From the NCBI GenBank assembly GCA_964016885.1, contig OZ024740.1:223944001-224008000 (forward strand): DNA of 64,000 nucleotides, in the 5' to 3' direction. The position numbers were made by a program, and so were the translations under genes. The stretch's first letter is position 1. Each line of letters begins with the position of its first letter. Below are positions 26,863-40,905 of this stretch, piece after piece. The stretch is from Eledone cirrhosa. Its lineage: Eukaryota. Below the pieces are notes generated by a model. That model ran no database searches, was not told the DNA's origin, and saw only the letters and a program-made list of their open reading frames with translations.

Positions 26863-28150
26863 TATATAGTGAGACAACTACAAGAGAGGTTCTTAGAGAA
26901 GAATAAGCCACTATACTTAGCTTTTGTTGACCTAGAGAGGGCCTTTGATAGGGTAACCCGATCTGTCGTCTGGTGGTCCTTAAGGAAACTAGGTGTTGAG
27001 GTATGGCTTGTGATGACAGTGCAAGCTTTGTACGGAGGTGATGTCAGTAAAGTGAGGATAGGAATGGAGTTTAGTGAGGAATTCCAGATACAAGTAGGTG
27101 TACATCAGGGTTCAGTCCTCAGCCATAACATAGGACTTTAAGACTGTCTGCCCATGGGAACTTCTTTATGCTGATGATCTGGTTCTTATAGCAGAATCAA
27201 TAGAGGAGCTAGAGAATAAATTCTGGATATGGAAACAGCAGTTGGAGTTAAGAGAAAAAGTGTTGATGAGTAGAAAAGAGTACAAAACTCTAATTCCGTC
27301 AGGAAAATGGCCATGTTCGATATGCAGAAAAGGAACAGGCATAAATTCTATAAAATGTCCACAATACAGATCTTTAGTACACAAGAGATGTAGTGGCATA
27401 GCAAGCAAACTAACAGGTAGGGAAAATTACGTATGCAGTAGATGTACAGGGAAATTTGACAGTAGAAGTCGCATTGATAGACACATTTTTCAAATGCAGG
27501 TGGGTTCCATAGAAGTGGTTGATAGCTTCCAGTACCTAGATGATCAGATTAGCATGGGAGGGGGGGGGGGGTTCCTAGGCGATAGTATCTAGAATAAGGA
27601 CGGACTGGAAGAAGTTTAGGGAGCTGCTTCCTCTGCTGATGAAGAAGGGTTTCTCCCTGCATACGAAAGGCCGGTTATAGGATGCCTGTGTGAGGTGCGT
27701 GATGCTGCATAGTAGTGAGACATGGGCAGCAACTGCAGAGGATATGCGAAGCTGGAGAGAAAGCAGGCAAGCATGCGCTGTTGGATGTGCAATGTCAATG
27801 TGCGTGAATAATCGAGCATGGATGTGTTGAGAGAGAAACTGTGTTTAAGAGGGATATGTTGTAGTGTGCTGGAGAGAAGACTGCGATGGTATGGACATGT
27901 GATGTGCATGGAGGATGACCGTTGGGTAAAGAAGTACCAAGAAATGCCAGTTGAAGGAAGAAGTAGTAGAGGAAGACCACGAAAAAGATGGGTGGAGGTT
28001 CTGGGAGCAGGCCTCAGATCACTGAAGCTCACGCTGGAGATGACGAAAAACCGTGACAAGTTGAGAGATGCTGTGCTGAATAGGACTCGTCCCACCCTTG
28101 CTAGCAGGGAAATGCGGACGTAAAATGATGTTGATGATGGTGATGATGAT
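26863..28150 (+). mobile_element. 5'-truncated RTE (BovB-like) LINE, frameshifted, with (GAT)n tail
   Basis: LAFVDLERAFDRV, GVHQGSVLS, YADD at ~27167, CSIC..CPQ..HKRC..CSRC insert, RRLRWYGHV, RGRPRKRW. Confidence 0.9.
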
Positions 28151-28176
28151 GATATACATATATATATATTATATAT

Positions 28177-28368
28177 AACGAAGGAAATGTGGTAAGGAAC
28201 CAGATGGACCATAACGCACCAGAGTACTCAATACTTGGGGTAGTAGAGTGGGTAATAGAAAAATGGTCAAGACCCCGACGGCAGAGCTCAAGCCGTTTCG
28301 ACAGCTATTTCTGGACGAAACTTCAAAACGGATTGCGCTCTGCCGTCGGGGTCTTGAACATTGTTCTA
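28177..28368 (-). mobile_element. Fold-back half-hammerhead element (PLE 3'-end family), copy 1
   Basis: Homologous to 29776 and 54849; GAAACGGC...GCCGTC-ggggtc on the minus strand, with an inverted partial copy; lies within (TA)n. Confidence 0.7.
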
Positions 28369-28865
28369 TATATATTATATATATATATGAGGGAAGCATG
28401 AACTGGGAATAATTTCCCTTCCTCAGTTGTCTGCTGGAGTGCATGGACATTTCTACGCATTAAAGACAAGATGTCTAGCTTCAGTGCATCAATAACTAAA
28501 GGAAGTTATTCGGAAAAAATAAGGAGAGCGAGAAATAATATATAACAGAACAGAAAAGGTAAAATAAAGGAAAAAAAGGGAAGAAAAAATGGAAAATCAT
28601 ACCGAAGAGGGAAACCCGAACGCACATATTTGTGAGCAACCAAAGAGAGAGAAAAAGTTAAATTCAACATCAGCTACTGGACTTAAGACCGAGGCCGTGT
28701 GGACATGTAAAAACAGATCTGACATCCGCAAGTGTAGGTGAAAAAGATACAGGCGAGAGAAACAGCGGTAGCAGCGGGGTAGCGAGCTAAGAGAGGGAAA
28801 GTAAAAGTGAGAGGGAGAAAGGGAGAGAAATAAAGAAAGGGGAAGAGGTATGGCAACAAAGTAGA

Positions 28866-29620
28866 TATCTTTCTTTATTTGCCAAAGGGGCATACAAAAA
28901 TGGAACATTACAAGACATGACGACAGGGGTTTCACAGAAAAATCATATAACTTTAACATTAATAAATAAAAATAAACTATAACAATTGAAATCCCCAATA
29001 GGGGGAAACATTTATGCAGGGTTGTTTTACACCCCGTGGAAAGAACAAGCCTCAAAACCAGGAACACGCTTTGTAGGTGTTCCCGTCTTCCCTCTGTTTA
29101 CCTTCCTCAACCTACAGTTTTATATACAGAGATGCCCATTCACTCGGGACATTTTCGCCACATTCACCCACCTTTCAGTGAATTTACTAGGGGTGTAGCA
29201 CCTCTCTCCACTCTCACCTTCCTTCTGAAGTGGGATTTAAAGAAGGGGATAAGTTGTCTGGAGTGAAAGGTGTTTGGCCTCAGTCCTTTTAACCTCATCC
29301 CCCATATTACCTCTTTCGCCATAGCAACCAGACAGAGGAAAACCGCCTTTCCTTCATTCTTAAATGAAGGTGGTTGGGTGATCCTCACGATGGACTCGGC
29401 TGACAACTGGATGCGTCCCACACGTGACAGTAGCTGTTCGACATAATTCCACAGGTCAGTCACCTCTGGGCACTGAACAATTGCGTGCAGAATGGTTTTC
29501 ATGTACTGCTCGCATCTTGGACAGGTCTTTTTGGCAGGATCTCTGCCAAAAACCTGCCAGAAACATTCCGTACGAGCGAGACACGGTCTCCCGAGCATTC
29601 CCGCATCAAATAGAAGATGA
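28866..29620 (-). mobile_element. Tx1-clade LINE 3' fragment (related subfamily)
   Basis: ORF 29164-29598 (CPRC...HAIVQCP...LSAESIV...KVRVER) is homologous to 19620-20047; AATAAA near 28874. Confidence 0.85.
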
Positions 29621-29638
29621 ACATTAAAGGATGATGAT

Positions 29639-29724
<86 letters not shown>

Positions 29725-29737
29725 GGTATATATTTAT

Positions 29738-29775
<38 letters not shown>

Positions 29776-29777
<2 letters not shown>

Positions 29778-29969
29778 CGAAGGAAATGTGGTAAGGAACC
29801 AGGTGGACCATAACGCACCAAAGTACTCAATACTTAGGGTAGTAGAGTGTGTAATAGGAACGAGTAGGACCCCGACGGCTGAGCTGAAGCCGTTTCGACG
29901 GCTAATTCTCGACGTCCAGAATTAGCCGTCGAAATGGCTTGAGCTCACCCGTTGGGGTCCTACTCGTTC

Positions 29970-29972
<3 letters not shown>
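29776..29972 (-). mobile_element. Fold-back half-hammerhead element, copy 2 (55-bp arms 29855-29909 / 29918-29972)
   Basis: Near-perfect inverted repeat (4 mismatches); embedded in (TA)n. Confidence 0.8.
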
Positions 29973-30002
<30 letters not shown>

Positions 30003-30056
30003 ATTCAAGAAAGAAGAGTGACATGGTTCGCTATACAATAAAGGCTTTATTCACAT

Positions 30057-30163
30057 TGCTGACAATACTTTCTTTGATCTGGTTGGTCTAGAGTTCGCTA
30101 CCCTGATTTTGCGTCAATTGATCTCCAATACTTTGTTTATAACCAGTCGTTTTCATCAGAGCA
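30057..30163 (-). ncRNA. Hammerhead ribozyme in the left pLTR (core intact, stem III altered)
   Basis: Minus strand: tgct-CTGATGA-aaac-gactggtt...aaccagatc-aaa-GAAA-GTATTG-TC-agca. Confidence 0.7.
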
Positions 30164-31082
30164 CGCGAAAGTGAAGAAGATACACAAGGCATGGAATTTA
30201 TATAGGTGTGGTATTAAACCAGAACAATAATATCAATAATAAAATAAAATAACTATATAGTAAATAGTTAAAATAATAACATCAATATAAGAAATAGAGT
30301 ATAATGATGAATCTAGCATGTTAAACGAACTGATATGATACATATGTATGAAATTGATATGTGAAAACAGCTATAGGGTACATTAGATATAGTGTTAAGG
30401 TGGCGAAGAGATAACAGTAACAACTAAAATGTACTTGGAGTCAGGATTTATGAGGTATATGCTTTGCTGTAGGTATGCTGGCATAGAACCGGAGATTTAC
30501 TTATTGTTTTCGTTGTATTAATTTAGTGAGAATGATAGTTTGTATGTGGTGTTAAGTGGAGTTGTAGATTCGTTATTTATGTGGCCTATACTAAAAGTAG
30601 GGACTGTTAGTTCGAATCGTGGGGGTTTAGTTTTCACAACATCAATAGCAAATCGTGTATAAATAAGACAATAATAACAACAATAATAGAGACAATAAAG
30701 GTAATTAAATAGTAAAATATACATTAGTATATAGAGAACATGAATAATATTATGGATACACTGAGATGTTCATAATAATGATAAGAGGAAAGTAAGATTT
30801 CAAGGAGTGTAGGAGTAATAAGATAATGTACTTAGAATTAAGTTCATCTGTTAGAGATCATGAGTGCTAATATGAGATATAATTGTTTGGTCCGAAGGAG
30901 TGAACAACAGCAAAGATGGGATTGATTTATGGGCTGATAAGATAGTTGTTGACATTTTTGCCACATCCCAGTGGTATAGAATTAGGGAGGCTAGAAGGTG
31001 TTTATAGAAGATTATGGTTCTGTAGTGGGATGTGTGAGAATGTGGATTTCATATGTTAAAAGCTAAGTGATGTTGGTTCGAA

Positions 31083-32257
31083 TCATGGTCGTTTAAATCT
31101 CGCGAATTTTGTAGCAATCCTATGTCTGCAGAAAGTTGACCTTTCTATTTTGCTGTTGCGTAGCATATTATCGTTCCTTAAGATATGCAGCAATTCAAGG
31201 TTGCAGAGCCCGCAATGGGACATACCGCTGCTATAGGCCTTTGCGGCCGCCAATTTCGACCAGCTAATATTGTAATCATGGTTTTTGTCCTTAAGTTGCC
31301 AGATTTTATTGGCGAGGGTTGTAGAATTTACCAGTGCACGATTCTTCATTGAATGTCTGTGCACATACCATCTTTTTTTAAAAACACCCGCGGTGGATCC
31401 AATGTAGTTCCAAGTGGAGTTGCCCGACTTTACAGTACACATGTGCACTAGGCTCGAATCAAAGCACCTATTCGCTAATGGGCACTTATCCGGTTGGTGA
31501 CAATTGCAGTTCGAGATATTACTCCGTGCAGCTTTCACATTGAGATTTTGCAAACTGTTATATGTGGGTTATGATTCATGCCTATTGAGGTTTTGCTGTG
31601 GTGCGTTCATGTGTGTTTGTGGTTGTGATACGGTAATGCGTTTGTGTTTAGTGTTTGATGCTATGTTACGTATAGGTAGGATATCTTTCCGAGAGGTATT
31701 CTTGTGGTTGACCTTGCGTATTTGCGATTCAATGTTGGCAGCAGTAGAGTATGAAAGTTTTATAGTTTTTCTATTGAAGATTTCATGATATCTATGCGAT
31801 ATAGGGAAGTGCTTATCTATTAGTTTAAAAAACGTAGAAGGTAGTCTAGGTCTTATAGAGGAGTTAAAGATTGGATTAAACCATAGGTATTTTCTTTCTC
31901 TAGTTCTTCTATAGTTTCTAGGGTTTACATTATTCGTGTTCGGTCCTCCTACTCTAGGTGCTACTTGACTAGTTCTATGTCTAGTCCGGTTACCTTTATT
32001 TTTGTATGAGCCGTTGATGTCGGTGTTAATGAGTTTGTTTGTGTTGTCCTTATCCGTTATAAACTGCAACTTTTCTTTGTGTCCAGCCCTATGCAATGCT
32101 GCGTTATAATAGTTAGCATGTTCTTTAAACATTTCTTGGTTTGAGGATAGGCGGGATATTCTAAGGGATATACTACGTGCTATGGATTTAATTATGGATC
32201 TGGCGTGGTTTGAGTTATAACTAATGTAGGCTAGATTCTCATTATTTTTGTGGAAGG
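31083..32257 (-). pseudogene. PLE polyprotein C-terminus: RT thumb, linker, CxCx5Cx5C, GIY-YIG endonuclease; one in-frame TAA at 31569-31571
   Basis: PFHK..YI..SNH, WFNP, IDKHFP, KLSYS, CNCHQPDKCPLANRC, YIGST...KRW..H, CGLC, CRH; ORFs 31569-32318 and 31083-31553 are in the same frame. Confidence 0.9.
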
Positions 32258-32558
32258 GTTCTATGCCAGCATACCTACACCAAAGCATATACCTCATAAA
32301 TCCTGACTCCAAGTACATTTTAGTTGTTACTGTTCTCTCTTCGCCACCTTAACACTATATCTAATGTACCCTATAGCGGTTTTCACATGTCAATGTCATA
32401 CATGTGTATCATATCAGTTCGTTTAACTTGCTAGATTCATCTTATATTGATGTTATTATTTTAACTAATTACAATCTAGTTATTTTATTTTATTATTGAT
32501 ATTATTAGTCTGGTTTAATACTCCTATATAAAAGCCATGTATCTTCTTCACTTTCGCG

Positions 32559-32668
32559 TGCTCTGATAAAAACGACTGGTTATAAACAAAGTATTGGAGA
32601 TCAATTGACGCAAAATCAGGCGGGTAGCGAACTCTAGACCTACCAGTCCAAAGAAACAATTGTCAGCA
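32559..32668 (+). ncRNA. Hammerhead ribozyme in the right pLTR (stem III intact, core CTGATAA)
   Basis: tgct-CTGATAA-aaac-gactggt...accagtc-caaa-GAAA-CAATTG-TC-agca. Confidence 0.7.
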
Positions 32669-32892
32669 ATGTGAATAAAGCCCTTATTGTATAGCAAACC
32701 ATGTCATTCTTCTTTCTTGAATTATTATTACTCCAATTATAAACTACTTAGAAATCACCGCGAACTCGCAGCATCACTATGGAAACGTCTTGTTGAGTCA
32801 AACTAAGCCACACGTTAATACTATCCACTACACGTAGTACTCTAACTGGACTACATCTAAGTGGACTGCCAATAACGACAACCTGTTATCCC

Positions 32893-32973
<81 letters not shown>

Positions 32974-33334
32974 CGTCCATTTTCCATGCTTGCATAATTT
33001 GTTGCAAGCTGTGTTCATTCTTATTCAGAATTATTGTTATTCCAGACAAATTAGAGGACCATGTCTTGCTTGATGGGTGCTCTCAGTTTACGTCTACTAA
33101 ATTATCTCAGAACTCATTGGTTACATTATGGCTATAGTGGAAAACACTTAAGATGCTGCAATGTGTGTGATCAATGCCTAACCCATGTGGTTGCAAACAA
33201 ATTCTTAACCACACAGACACAATGTTTGTGATTATATGAAAAGTAGAATAAATTCTTTCATATGGCAATGGCAAGAAATTAAAACAACTATATTCTTTTC
33301 TAAGAGATAATTATTTCATTAACAATGTACACTT

Positions 33335-33545
33335 TTGGTCATATCCCAAGATTTGTGACCATATGTAAGGGTTGGCATGAAAACCAAATTGAAATTAGTG
33401 AGTTTGGCTTTTAAAATTACCTCCCTTCTTCCGATTACTGAATGCTGCAGCTGTTGCATCACTACCGCAGCTTTTACAATTCTTGGACTTAATTCAGCCT
33501 CCTGCCTTCCATCATTCACGAACACGACCCTGATTTATTTGAACT
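33335..33545 (-). mobile_element. Expander-like RTE RT fragment
   Basis: KAKLTNFNLVFMPTLTYGHKSW; matches 9840-9920 and 12935-13020. Confidence 0.7.
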
Positions 33546-35707
33546 TCTCTACCTTCTTCAGTGGAATTTCCTTAAACTAAAACATTCATTCGAATTTCCC
33601 ATGATAATCACTATAACAAGGTTTTTCAAGTTTATACGTAAATAAAAAAAATAACATAGACATGGCGAAACCCAAACAAGTACAAATCTAAAATATTTAG
33701 CAGGGTCATTAGAGCACTGGAGTAAATGCCTCAGAATTTGTCCTGACTCTGTGTGCTCTGAATTCAAATCCATCTACTTTTGCCAGTAGTTGAAATAAAA
33801 CCGATGGCAGTTTTGGCTGGAATGGTAATAAAAGTGTTAAGGAAGCAGAAATGTATAATTGACTGTACATGTCTCCTCTTCCTTCTTCCTCCTTCTTCCT
33901 TCATGGTGGTATAGTGCTCAGACATGCATTCTAGAAAGACTTATTCGAAATAACCATCTCCAATTATTAGTTATTTTCAAAGTATAGACAGTGTCTTTCA
34001 AAAGAAATATGGTACTGAAAGGGTTAAGTCAAGAATTTCCTCAATATGATACTTTTCTCCGATCACCTTATCAGGAATCTAATTGATTTAGTAACCCAAA
34101 ACAGAATAAATTGGTACATTTGTGAGACATACCAATTGAAGAAAGTGAAAAGTCAGTTCGGTAACAAACTAGATTCCATGATATATGAGAAACTTCAATT
34201 AATACACACATCTACATGTAGATGTATTCATAGTCATCATTTCCCTCTCATATATCATTAAATATTCACCTTATCATACTGATGTAGACTGAACTAGTCT
34301 ATAAAAGTGCTCTTTCCTTTCTTATAATTTTCTCATTAACACTAATACTTTAAGAACCCTTGCTTTCCTCAACCTAACTCTGCTCTAGCTATTCCATATT
34401 AGCAGCTAATATGATGCTGTCGCCCAGTTATTCTCTCTCATCAAATATTCATAAATTGTTATTTTTTTTATATCTTTCTTAAAATCAATTCTGATAGCTT
34501 AATTCTTAACCCAGTCAGTCTCAAACTTATCTTCAAATTGATGTTCATCTTAATCTCATTAGGGTAATGCAGGTAACATTATAGTAAATATACACATAGC
34601 TACTCTTCTGATTGGCTACTGGACAGATAGAATTGAACGTTTTCTAGTTGCAGTGTCTACTGAAGGTTACAGAATTCAATTGTTTGGTCAAAAGATTAAT
34701 TTACACCTAGTCTATGCATATTACATTGTGTGTATTCTATGAATCTATATAACAAAATGTTATACATGCAGGTATGTAAAATTTATCTATCAACCAGCTC
34801 ATCATATATATGTAAAGTAAATGGATCTCCATCACTTTCAACGAGTTTATTTTAGTTGTTGAATCATCTGAACTGTTTACTCATTGAGTTATATTATCTA
34901 AGTGGCTGAGTATTCCACAGACCCACATACACTTAAGATAATCCTATGGGAGTATCAGTGAGGCACTGTGTGTGACAAAGTTGGATCTATAATTTACAGG
35001 TAATGTTCATTTGTTAGGTTTCTACACTACTATCTATACAATTCCATTTACAGGTCCTAGGACAAGGTCTTGTTAAAAGACACCTGATTAAAATGTCACT
35101 TAGTGAAATAAAATTGTAACCCTCATAATTGCAAAGCAAATATCTTGATCACTTAGTCGTATTTATGTACTTGTTTTTCTGAGAGATCCTGCATCAACTT
35201 CATTGAAATCCCTTAGCCAAGTGTGTTTCATTGTCTAGCTTGGTGAACTCATATTTTGATTGTGTTAACTTCTTTGCATCATCAACAGTCATATTTTAGG
35301 TTTCTGCATACTTCAACCATGGATCCTGATATTATTTTGTAGTTGATTCAGCAAACAATAACTTCTTTGTGTATATTTTATTTTCTGCTTGACATACATA
35401 TCTGATATACTTGAGGTGTTGTGCATAGATGAAGTTTTGTAAGGAGAGAGTCTTGACTATATTTTGTATTTCAATGATGGTGTATATAAAATGTTATTCT
35501 CCTTCATTACAATTGACTCTGCTCCAACCCCTTTTGAGTATGCTTCTTTAAACTTAAATCTAGCATGCTTCCATTTTTTGCATTTAAGTTTCTTTTTGAA
35601 GTTAAGATTTTATTTCTTATATCAGTTAGAATATTACACATGCTTCAAGTAATTTTATTCCTGTGTCAGTTAGTACTATTTTTGTGTGTTAGTATTATTC
35701 TCATTAA

Positions 35708-35893
35708 CGGCAGTGAATTGGCAGTATCGGTAGCAGGTTGGATGCCATGCTTTCTAGCATAGTTACGTCCCTTTATGGTCTGAGTTCAAATCTCGTTGAG
35801 GTTAACTTTGCCTTTCATCCTTACGTGGTCGATAAAATAATGTACCAGTAATGTACTGGGTAATTGCTGCCCTTGTGCCAAAAAGTAGAAACA
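35708..35893 (+). mobile_element. Full-length group 1 SINE
   Basis: Reverse complement of the 5646 and 5838 copies. Confidence 0.85.
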
Positions 35894-37289
35894 AGTAATA
35901 TTCTCATTAACAGATGGACTGACTGCAAAGCACCTAAATTATTTATCAAGTTCATCAATTAGTTTTATTGAATTTCCTTATTAGATTTGAGAGCACTAAA
36001 ATCAACACTTAGTTTCAGTATACACCCTTTTGTTCTGCTCAATTCTTGTTTCAGTCTCCTTTTTGTTGAAGAAAATGTTATATCCAATGATAGTTGTTGA
36101 TGATTAGTATCAAATAGATGTGATGGACAACGATTGGCATGTCATTTTGTTACATACTTGAATACCCATCACTTAGTAACTGGAAAAAACCATGTTCCAT
36201 GCAGGATTCTTTTGCTTTTGAATATAGAAGTCATAATCTTTGTTTGATGTTGAATATACCATGCAAGGAACCTTTCTCTATTGTCATTATCTTCTACTCT
36301 GTCTGAGTTATTATGTCCAACTGGCAGTTTTTTCAGACATAGTGTGTGACCCAAATGCATTGTTAGTGTGAAGACTTAATGCTGCTGCACAGATTTGAAA
36401 TCCTGAAGTAAATAACCACGAATAAACGATTTAGATAGATCCATGTTGCTTCCTCTTTGATGGCATAACAGAAAATGAGAAATGCACATATTGCACACCA
36501 ATGTCACTTCTTGTATATGTGAACATGTGCAGCTTTCATCATTTTCAGAAAACTCTACCAAAATACCTCCGTTTTCAAAACGGTGGGAACTTTATGTCCA
36601 ACCCAAAAGATGCTATTCATAACCTGCTAAGATATTTGTTAACTCATTTGCATTTAGATATCTTGTACCCAGATGATAGGGAAGACAGGGATATGCTCCC
36701 ATAGCTGTAAACATACTTTCATTTGGGTTGCCAGCATCATATGCATTTTAAAAGAGATTTTTCTGTGACACCATCACACCATTAATATGAATGGTTGTGC
36801 TTTCCCATTGTTGCCAACAATCAATTAACTGTGAAACCACATTTGTTTCTCCAATGTCAGAGAATAATTTGTCATGCTACATCATAGTAGACTACTGCTA
36901 TCTGTATATTAGTAGGATTTTTTAATCCAGGTTTACTCTTCTAGATCTGTGTGTTTAGTTCGAAAGAAGGTTACTTTGGGAGTGTTGTGGCTCTTCATGC
37001 AGAGCAGTGTGGAGTGTGAATAAACTAAGAGTGTGCCAAAGCCTTTATGTATGACCACACATATCTGCCCTAGGGTAGGGTCTCTGGATGTTTTGTAGGT
37101 GTTTAATCCCTTAGACTTTCTCAGATACAAATAAATCACTTCCAAATGGCAGTTGGGGTTGACCACATAGAGAAAAGTGTTGAAATGTCAAAAAAGGTTT
37201 TAAAAAGTTATCATTAACAAATGAAAATTATTAAAATGTTTAAAACTTAGAAAGCATATTTACATTTTCTTTTATTTACATACACCATA

Positions 37290-37570
37290 GGCATGGAATT
37301 GGCAAACTTATTATCATGATTTGCAGTATTCATTCTGCATTCTAATTTCAAATCTGACTGAGGTAAACTTTGCATTTCATCCTTTCAAGGTCAATAAAAA
37401 CGTACCAGTTTAGTCAATTTCTCTCTCTCGCTCTCTATCCTTCTCTGGTAGAAAACTGCTGTGGTCAAACTTGGAGACGGGTAGATTCCATAAGGCTCAA
37501 AATTCCAAAGAAATACTGTATGCAACTATGGCACACCTACCACTCTATCAGGAGTTATGGTTCCATACAT
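37290..37570 (+). mobile_element. Degenerate group 1 SINE with extended tail
   Basis: Collinear with 3991-4310. Confidence 0.6.
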
Positions 37571-40500
37571 ACACCACACACACAAGCAGCCACACAGACA
37601 CACACGCAATTATAGATACAATATAAACACATGTAGATGTTAATGGATAGCTGTTGACTCACATGTGTTCCTCCAGCCTTTGATGAATTTTGCTTTCTTA
37701 ACAAAAGAAATGTCCAATAATCACACTCCTCACCAAGCAAGCTTGGTGGGGTTGCCTGTTTAGTCACTGATAACATGATTATGTGACAGGTTGTATTGGG
37801 TTGAGGAGGGCCTGACACAATCAAAACATACATGCATAAAAATATTAGAACATTATCTTTTAGATTGTCTCTCTAAGTTACATATAAACGTGGCAAATTG
37901 GCTGTAGCTTTGGAGCATTACACAAAGCACCTGCTGGTATATATTTGCATTCCTTCTCATTCAATGTTTTGAATTAGAATCGCTCTGAGATCAAATTGCC
38001 TTTGACCCTTCTGGGGGCAATATATAAAGTTCCTATCTAGGAATTGTTAGACTGATTTTCAGAATCTTCCCCATCATCACAATTTAATGTTCATTTTTCC
38101 ACCCTATCATGGTTTCGATGTGTTTTGCCATTGTGAGGCAAGCCAAATAAAATAACCATGTCTTGCTCATACAGAACTATCTCTGACTTGGTTTTTATGG
38201 TAGGATGCCCTCCTATCACCAACCACATTTACAGTATGGGCTCTAAATGTGCCTTTTAATGTGGCACCAAAGTGACCAATTTACAGCATGGAATAGCTGC
38301 CTTTTATCATGACACCAAAACGACCACATTAGAGCCTGGACTTGGTGCCTTTTATCAGAGCATCAAATGATCTCTTTACAGTGTGGGCTGGGTGCTTTTG
38401 TCAAGATGCCATATGTTTTTTGTTATGGCTCTCTAAATTCTGATTTCAATTCTTATTGTGGTCTCCTTCACTGGTAGACTTAACCCATTGGTCTTTTTCT
38501 CACCATCAGCAAATCCTTGGGTGCATTTAGCAGAATCCACTCTGTTACAAGCATTTGGACTAGGTATTTTATATATACATGCATACACACACATGCATGC
38601 ATGCATACATACATGCATGCATATATACATACATACATGCATACATTCATTCATACGTACAAATGCATACATATATACATACATAGATACATGATGGCTG
38701 TAACCCATATTTTGAGTATGCCATCGCTTGTTACTTAAGCACGAGCATCAAGGATATGGCTTTTTAGTCCTGTATTGGACTTGCCTATGGCAACAATACC
38801 ATGCATCACAAAAATGTCACATATCAAGCGATGCCTGTGCTTGAAGCTTTTTTAAGTGAGGAAAGGCTTTGCATGGGGACAATCCCACTCTTTGAACATC
38901 AAATGCATTTGCCCAAAACGAAAAACTGGTCTACATCATAGGATGTAAACGTAGTCGCAGATTTTATATCAGAGTGACCTTCTCATAGAGAGATGTGTTA
39001 ATGAAAACTAGGAGACTCTTGCTCCACAAAAAAAAACAACTTTATTGGATGGCCGTTGATTCTCCTCTGTTCTTCTACACTTTGACAGGTTCTGTTTTTC
39101 ATCCCACAGGTTGTCAAAATTCTTCCTCCTCACCAAACAAGCTTGGTTGTCAGTTTAGTCACCAATGACCCGACCATGCACAGGTTGTACTGGGTTACAT
39201 GCTACCAGTATTGCTGAAGAGCGACCTGACATACATACATTCATACATACACATTTACAAATATATATAAATCCTCATCATCCTCATTTAATATCTGTTT
39301 ATCTATGCAAATCTAGGTTGGATGGATCATCACAGACCTAGTCAGCACTCAGTCAGAGCCATTGTCCTCACAAACTTATAATTTCTTAAAGAATATTAAT
39401 AATAGCAGAGATGAAACAAACAAAAAAATATTTATTACATAACATCCAACCAAGTCAATAGCTAAATCTAGGCTTTATTCAGCAGACTACTTCTGTGAAA
39501 TCGAAATAACAGCAGCCTGTTTGAGGAAGAATCCCCATGAGATGGAGTGGTTGTTACAGTAGGGGGTTGCTGACCATTGTCTAAGACAATGCCTTTGAAA
39601 ATTTGCCCATGGTGCGCTGGCAAAACACCATTCTGACTTAGATGTAGAATCTGTCACCTTCTTCTTTTCTGCCTTCCTTATTTCCTTTCTTTCTTTCATT
39701 GCTTAATAATCCTTGCCATTTTCTTCCTTTTTCTCTCACTTCTCGTCTTTTGCAATGCTTCTTTCTTTTTCTGTTTATTCCACTAAATATCAAATTCTTT
39801 ATAATTATTAAGTAAATATATTACTTTTTAAAATTGCCTTACTTTTCATAGTGACATCCATTTTCCTATACTTGTTTGTCAAATGTGGCAGTAAAACACC
39901 ACACAAATTCCTTGCACTTATATATATAGTAAAAAAATGTATATATGTGTGTGTGTATTGATGATGATGTTGATATATATATATATTTTCATATTATCTA
40001 TTTATGCATTTATTAATTTATTTATCTACCTTTTTAAACTTATTTGTAATATTCTATTTTTTAAACTACTTCTGACAAGTGTCATTCTCATAGAATTCAA
40101 GAGAATTTATTTTTCTTTCATAACTGATTCATTTGTCACCTCCTCTCTTCCCCCTTCTCCTCTGTTCTCACTCTCTCCTCTTGTCTCTTCTCCTCTCTCC
40201 CTCTCTCTCCATATATCTTTTATAGATAGAGAGATATTGAGTGATAGATAAATAGATATTCTCTCTGTCTGTCTGACTGTCTATTTAACTCTTTTTACCA
40301 ACATACCTACTTATCTCTCTGTCTGACAGTCTTTCCATCTCTCTATCCATACATCAGTTCCTATGTCAGTATATCTATCTAAAATATATCTATTTGTCTG
40401 TCTGCCTATCCTTCTGTCCAGCCATTCATCCATTTGGCCATCTGCTAGTCTGTCAGTTGATCTCTCTGTCTCTCTATCTATATCTCTTTCTCTTCTCCAT

Positions 40501-40757
40501 TATTCATACATTTTCTCCTCCTCTGATATAAGCCCCCTTTTCTGTTTTTCTCTACCAAGTGTTGTCCTTACTTCATTGAATTCTAAAGTCATCTTCAACA
40601 TAACTTTATTCTATTTTATTTCATCTAATTTTATTTTATATAATTCTTCCTGCTTTTCATTTCCTTTGAATCTCTTTGTAGTTCATAAATTCTCCTCATC
40701 CCAATGTTAAATATATTTATATATTTATGGCAACCAGCCACTTATTCTTACCACTTA

Positions 40758-40905
<148 letters not shown>

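Larger units (their letters stand above)
30001..32893 (-). mobile_element. 5'-truncated Penelope-like retroelement with inverted pseudo-LTRs
   Basis: Inverted repeat 30001-30490 / 32257-32724; RT thumb and GIY-YIG coding region between them; an HHR in each repeat; (TA)n at both ends. Confidence 0.92.

Noticed and set aside
31569-31571. In-frame stop in the PLE ORF as programmed read-through or selenocysteine
   Set aside because: It is TAA in a variable linker, most simply a nonsense mutation in a truncated copy.
36130-37190. Possible decayed DNA-transposon coding region (also ~1540-1970 and 14030-14480)
   Set aside because: Composition looks once-coding, but I could identify no diagnostic motif or termini.
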